Source: an uncultured Alphaproteobacteria bacterium
GTDB lineage: Bacteria; Pseudomonadota; Alphaproteobacteria; Rs-D84
DNA: 64,000 nt
Assembly: GCA_944393245.1 (NCBI GenBank)
Contig: CALXZM010000003.1
Location: 103,838-167,837, forward strand
Direction of reading: 5' to 3'
Positions 59,139-64,000 of the stretch are shown one piece after another; within the stretch, counting starts at the first letter, position 1; each line of letters starts with the position of its first letter. The position numbers and the translations under genes are program-made. The notes beneath the pieces are model-generated. The model was not told where the DNA came from, searched no databases, and saw only the letters and a program-made list of their open reading frames with translations.

Positions 59139-62100
59139 TTTTTACTGTGAACGTTCCAGTATCGCCAGTGGCTGAAATCTGTGCGTTATACATTGATTCC
59201 GCATGTATTGCCGGTATTGCAAATGTGCCAGCATTCCCAACCGTGGCGGTATATGTAAATGTTTGTTCGTCGCGCGTTAAATCAGCATATATCATCACGC
59301 GATCTTCACGGACCTGGGCAAATGTCATGTCACCAGATACCGAATCAGAATCAGCAGTTAATCCACCAGGCAATAAATCAGTAATTGCAATATTTTCAGC
59401 ATTATCAACACCACCGCGGGTGCGGGCAAAAATTTTAACTGTTATAATATCGCCGGTCTGTGCGGATGTAATCCGGTTGCCATTTGCATCATAGTATTCG
59501 CGAATTATATCAATACCATCATAATGTTCATGTGTTTGCGTTGGATAGCCCTGTTGTATCAATGTATAGAAAACTGGGGCGGTATCACAATCGCCACAGG
59601 TGATTGTTATTTCCGTGGCATCGTTTGGAATTGTTGCCTGAATTCCAGTATTTGATGTACGAACAACCGGGGTGGTTGACGCATTTGCTGTAATCGTAAT
59701 GTTCGCGGGTTGGGCCGCATTGGTATTGCCAGCCAACGCCATTATTACTGTGGCGGACGTATATGCGTTGTATTTACCAGATTCAATATATCCACGTAAT
59801 AAATTTGATTCAGTTGGATTTTCTGGGGCAAAATACTTATTAGCCAAATAATAATACAGCGCATCGTTTGCAACGTTGTTTGTGAACATCGTGTCATATT
59901 TGAATTCTGATGATTTTGACGGGGTGTATTTTGATATTAAATCACGTGCCAAATCATCCTGTTTCATAATTTTATATGCAGATGCGATATATGCGCCCAT
60001 TAATTCAGATTGCCAATTTTTTATATTTTCGTTGGCATATTGGGTCAATGTATCAATATAACTGGTGGTTATATAGTCATTTTCTGAAATAACATATATT
60101 GCGTACGCCATTGCTGACGCATATGCATTATCAGTTATTGTTCCGCCGGCAAAAGTGCGCAGGTAACCAATCGCGCGTGACAACATTTCGTTCGGAACAT
60201 TAAAACCATTTTCGTGTGCCATGGTTAAAAACTGGGCAACATATGCGGTTAAATATGCGGTGTTTGCATTATGTTGATTACTGCGTGCGGTCGCACCGCC
60301 AGACCACAGTGCAAACGAACCATCAGAATTTTGACGATTGCGTAACGTGTTGATTGTTTCTGTGATTTTTTCTGATGATTTGTCTGTGGTTGTACCCAAA
60401 ATTGGGTCGTTTGGCATAAATACGTACGGCATTGCACGTGAAACCAGTTGTTCTGTGCATGGGTATTCATATTTTTCCAAATATTTAAACAGTGGCATTA
60501 TCATTGCAGATGCACCACGTGATATATACAATGTCCGTGATGAATATTCTGGATACATATCAATACGAAAATCTGATATTTTCATATCTGTGGAATCCAA
60601 CAGCCCAGAATTTACACTGGTTACAAAAGTGGTTGCCGGGCGTACAGACAATGTCGTGTGATTTATGCGTGATGATAAATTCGCACCATCAGATGTCAAT
60701 GTGGCATGCAAAGATATATCAGCATTGCCCGGTGTATTGTTGGCGTGTGCATTAAATGTAAACAAGTGGTCTGCATTTTGTGGCAGTGTTGCAGTGGCCG
60801 TCGCAGAATCTGTAATACTAATTCCGCCGGTTGCAGTTGCCGATACATTTAATGTCGCGTTTGCACCACTGTTTTCCGTCATATTTGTTATTACTGCATT
60901 TATGCTAAATTTATCACCGGGGGCAACCACCATTGGGGCGGATGTTGATATTATAATTGGTGATTGAACCAGTGTTTCTGTATCTGCTGCACCAACGGCA
61001 TTTGTGTTTGCTGCAACGGCAAAGACACGTACAGAACCGTTGAAGTATTCCGGGATATCAAAACTGATTGTTTCGGTCGTACCGGCGCGAACATTTAATA
61101 TTTTTGAATAAAATGCAACTGGGGCCTGGGTTTTGCGGCCAAACGGATTGCGTGCAATCAGTTCATCCGCCATGCCACCACCATAATCGCCACCACCTGT
61201 TTTGGCATATTCACGTAATATGTTGTATTCAGGTAATAATAATGACAGTATTTGGTAAGTGTTTACCTGTAACGCGGATTTCTGGAAAAAGTGCGCCAAC
61301 GGGTTTGGTATTTGATATTTTGCAACCTGTAAAATTCCAGTATCAACCGCAAAAATCATCATACGGGCGTTTTTGTCAGATGTGTATTTGATTTCTAGTT
61401 TGTTGTCCCGTACAACATCTGGCACGTCCAGTTTTATTCCTATTTTGCGTGCAGATATATCGGCTGAAAACGGCGCGACTGCGTATGCGTATGGCGTGGT
61501 AAATATGTCGCGACTGTTTATATCGCGCACAAATGAAACGTTGACGTATCCAGTGCCCTCAAATCCAGCGGGTACAGTTATGTGTTGTACCGACGATGTG
61601 GAATTGGTGTTGAACCATTTATATGCATATACTTTATCGCGTTCAATTGTTATCAGGCCGGCACCAGTATATGGGGACGTTATGCTGATTTCAATTTTAT
61701 CACCGGGGGCAAATTCATTATCATTCAGTTTAATTTGCAAATCCGCATTTGTGTCTGTTTGCATTGTGGCGTTTGTACCACCAGAAACAAAGTATTGTAC
61801 ATTTGCCAGAATTTTATCAGACGCATCCAAAATTTGAACAATATACGTGCCACCATTTTGGGTATCCAGTGTTATATCTGTGCCATTTTCAGAAATGTTC
61901 AGATTTTGTTGTGAAATAATGCGGTCACGTGAAACAGTCTGGTATTTATAGAAATTATTATAATCTTTTACCAGGGTTGTTTGATTTTCACGTTTTACCA
62001 ATCGCATGGTCAGGTTGTGTGCTGTGATTTGATTTGCAGTATGGTCAATCGCAACCAGGTTTATTGTTCGTTTGGCATTGCGATTCACATACGATAAATC

Positions 62101-64000
62101 CCCAGATGCACGCCACCCAACCAAATATTTTGCATCTGATACGCGTGTGGTCAGGTTTGTTTGAACGTTTTTACCAGAATTTGATTCAAAACCGCGTATG
62201 TTTAATGCCAAATTATACGTGCCTGATGGAATTTGGTTGTCAAATTTTATATCGATGGTTGCATTACCGTTTTCATCTGTGCGTACGTCTGGTAATTCAA
62301 CAGAATATGTTTGCGCGCGCGTGACAGTGTTTTCTGATAATCCCGTGCCAGCAATAAAGTTTGGTGTAAATTTATACCCGGAAAATTTATCGAATGAATA
62401 TTCAGACGGGGTTAATGTTGCGTGTGCTGATATGCGCTTGTCCGTTGCGGGGGTGCCAAATAAATTCCGCAATGATACATTTGCAGATAAATTATCCGGC
62501 GCAATCCAACCGTTTGCGTCATCCCCAGGAATATTGGCTGTTATTTTTAATGTATCTGGGACGAATTCCTGGACATCAAAACTGGTTGTACCCAAAATAT
62601 CAGATAATTTGTTGTTTGATGTTAATGAATACAGGTATGCATTCCAACCACCCAAAGTGGCATCGTTTGGTATTTCAAATTGTGTATCAAACATGCCGTC
62701 CGCGGTCAGTGAAAATGTTTGTTCTGATACCGTACGACCACGCGAATCGATTATTTGTAAACGTACTGGAATGCCGGCCAATGATTTGAATGATTTGTTT
62801 TTTACTATACCACCCAAAACCAAGTTTTCACCAGGACGGTATATACCGCGGTCTGAAAATATAAACGCATTTAATGGCGTTGATGCATATGAATATACAC
62901 CATCTATATCAAATTTAGAATATTCAACGCGCTGATTATTTGCATTATATGGAATAAAAGATACGTCGTTACCATTACGTGCGACAACTGCAACCGGTTC
63001 GCGGGCGTTTCTGTATTCTGACCATGGCAGTGCAGGGATATTTGCGTGGCCATCGGCATCAGTGCGTCCCGCCCAAACGGCGTTACCATTGCGACCCAAT
63101 ACAGATATTTCAACATCGCTGGCTGGTTTGCCATCAGACAGGCGTGATACGAATACATCAGATGAACTGTCTGAATTGATTTTACGTATTATGCCTAAAT
63201 CAGTTAACAGTATCAGGCGTTTATCATTGTATTCTGCCGCATTTTCTGATGCACCAGTTTGTATTATAAATATTCCAGTGTTGTCACCATATGTACGATC
63301 CAGATAATCGCCCAAATCAATTGACGCATAATTTGCACGTGTCATTGACGGGTTGGAAAAAGAAATTTGTTTTTGAAATACAACGGACATGTCATACGCA
63401 CCAAATGACCATGATTTGAATTCCATGCCAGATGCAAAAACATTATATGTTTGTGAAATCAGGTGATTTATTTCAGATGATTTTACTTTATACAAATTCA
63501 CATATGCCGTATTTACACCGCCACGTGCGACAATCCCCAATTCGCGACTGCCCGCCAATGACAACAGTGCGCCAGATCCCGCGATTTCAACTGATTCAGA
63601 CGGATATGGAACGCGCATTACGGATGTTGCACCGTTTTTCATTATAAAACCATTTGCAGATTGGGCACCATTTTGTACAGTCACATATATATAACGTGTT
63701 TGTTTATCGGATACACTGAATTCAAAAGCATATTGATAAACACCATTTGGGGCCGCAAAATCCATTGGATTTAATTCTAGTTTTTCTGATTCAGATAAAA
63801 CGGTATCTGTTATTTCATCAGGGGCCCATGTATGCGGACGTTTGTTATCACGTTCGTCATCGGTGCGATATGTTGGCAACAGGTATGCGGATACATATTG
63901 TGCCAGATTGGTATTTGATTGGGCCGCAGATGTGGTATTTAATAATATTAACTGTTGTGCGTTGCCGTCCATGTCGTCCGCCACAGTTGTTTCAATTGAT
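59122..64000 (-). CDS. Bacterial alpha-2-macroglobulin family protein (YfhM-like); N-terminus beyond window
   Basis: >1620-aa ORF running off the window. Thioester-type CTEQ motif (KYEYPCTEQL). MG-domain beta-rich repeats. Classic pairing with pbpC. Confidence 0.85.
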   Translation of the reverse strand, partial: SIETTVADDMDGNAQQLILLNTTSAAQSNTNLAQYVSAYLLPTYRTDDERDNKRPHTWAPDEITDTVLSESEKLELNPMDFAAPNGVYQYAFEFSVSDKQTRYIYVTVQNGAQSANGFIMKNGATSVMRVPYPSESVEIAGSGALLSLAGSRELGIVARGGVNTAYVNLYKVKSSEINHLISQTYNVFASGMEFKSWSFGAYDMSVVFQKQISFSNPSMTRANYASIDLGDYLDRTYGDNTGIFIIQTGASENAAEYNDKRLILLTDLGIIRKINSDSSSDVFVSRLSDGKPASDVEISVLGRNGNAVWAGRTDADGHANIPALPWSEYRNAREPVAVVARNGNDVSFIPYNANNQRVEYSKFDIDGVYSYASTPLNAFIFSDRGIYRPGENLVLGGIVKNKSFKSLAGIPVRLQIIDSRGRTVSEQTFSLTADGMFDTQFEIPNDATLGGWNAYLYSLTSNNKLSDILGTTSFDVQEFVPDTLKITANIPGDDANGWIAPDNLSANVSLRNLFGTPATDKRISAHATLTPSEYSFDKFSGYKFTPNFIAGTGLSENTVTRAQTYSVELPDVRTDENGNATIDIKFDNQIPSGTYNLALNIRGFESNSGKNVQTNLTTRVSDAKYLVGWRASGDLSYVNRNAKRTINLVAIDHTANQITAHNLTMRLVKRENQTTLVKDYNNFYKYQTVSRDRIISQQNLNISENGTDITLDTQNGGTYIVQILDASDKILANVQYFVSGGTNATMQTDTNADLQIKLNDNEFAPGDKIEISITSPYTGAGLITIERDKVYAYKWFNTNSTSSVQHITVPAGFEGTGYVNVSFVRDINSRDIFTTPYAYAVAPFSADISARKIGIKLDVPDVVRDNKLEIKYTSDKNARMMIFAVDTGILQVAKYQIPNPLAHFFQKSALQVNTYQILSLLLPEYNILREYAKTGGGDYGGGMADELIARNPFGRKTQAPVAFYSKILNVRAGTTETISFDIPEYFNGSVRVFAVAANTNAVGAADTETLVQSPIIISTSAPMVVAPGDKFSINAVITNMTENSGANATLNVSATATGGISITDSATATATLPQNADHLFTFNAHANNTPGNADISLHATLTSDGANLSSRINHTTLSVRPATTFVTSVNSGLLDSTDMKISDFRIDMYPEYSSRTLYISRGASAMIMPLFKYLEKYEYPCTEQLVSRAMPYVFMPNDPILGTTTDKSSEKITETINTLRNRQNSDGSFALWSGGATARSNQHNANTAYLTAYVAQFLTMAHENGFNVPNEMLSRAIGYLRTFAGGTITDNAYASAMAYAIYVISENDYITTSYIDTLTQYANENIKNWQSELMGAYIASAYKIMKQDDLARDLISKYTPSKSSEFKYDTMFTNNVANDALYYYLANKYFAPENPTESNLLRGYIESGKYNAYTSATVIMALAGNTNAAQPANITITANASTTPVVRTSNTGIQATIPNDATEITITCGDCDTAPVFYTLIQQGYPTQTHEHYDGIDIIREYYDANGNRITSAQTGDIITVKIFARTRGGVDNAENIAITDLLPGGLTADSDSVSGDMTFAQVREDRVMIYADLTRDEQTFTYTATVGNAGTFAIPAIHAESMYNAQISATGDTGTFTVKNDASK

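Noticed and set aside
1-64000. Looked for a site-specific recombinase/integrase, transposase, phage genes, toxin-antitoxin pairs, and tmRNA/RNase P/SRP RNA signatures
   Set aside because: No ORF in the window shows integrase (R..HxxR..Y) or serine-recombinase hallmarks. No IS-like terminal repeats with a transposase ORF were seen. No tRNA-like domain typical of tmRNA was found. Absence here does not exclude them elsewhere in the genome.

Overview
This window is low-GC bacterial chromosome, most likely from an alphaproteobacterium. The evidence is a CcrM-type GANTC adenine methyltransferase, an L28/tRNA-Leu arrangement and an IF-1 with a C-terminal extension. About half the window is conserved housekeeping genes: infA, grpE, tpiA, ppiD-like, recO, dsbA-like, pgk, rnhB, slt, nrdR, ccrM, clpP, clpX, rpmB, clpB, an msbA-like ABC exporter, rpsU, polA, pth, pbpC plus an alpha-2-macroglobulin gene, and three tRNAs. 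The rest is accessory-looking and carries two things I cannot assign to a known system.

(1) A six-member family of large secreted, coiled-coil, cysteine-rich proteins of roughly 290 to 1084 aa. They share a C-[RY]-[DN]-A-Y-x2-C-M-D-[EQ]-F-C...C-x-C-S module and a CGxN[WF]ExC module. Five sit in one 15-kb block (4.0-18.7 kb) together with an OmpA-domain protein; the sixth is at 50-53 kb.

(2) A three-member family of small secreted cysteine-rich proteins of about 216 to 309 aa. Their 5' ends carry what look like DNA-inversion switches. An identical 51-bp cassette containing RBS+ATG+11 codons is flanked by perfect inverted repeats with a TGCCTAAT core at two loci: OFF at 24.0 kb and ON at 39.5 kb. 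At the second locus a sigma70-like promoter (TTGACG-17-TAAAAT) sits between a further 19-bp inverted-repeat pair, between two divergent family genes.

Other notable items are a ~900-bp cluster of nested MITE/REP-like palindromic repeats, a 39-bp tandem repeat beside tRNA-Leu, a tRNA-Leu with an apparent AAG anticodon, a ClpB that naturally lacks the N-domain, a Pmp-repeat autotransporter, and a 1270-aa ankyrin-containing exported protein. No site-specific recombinase gene is visible in the window.
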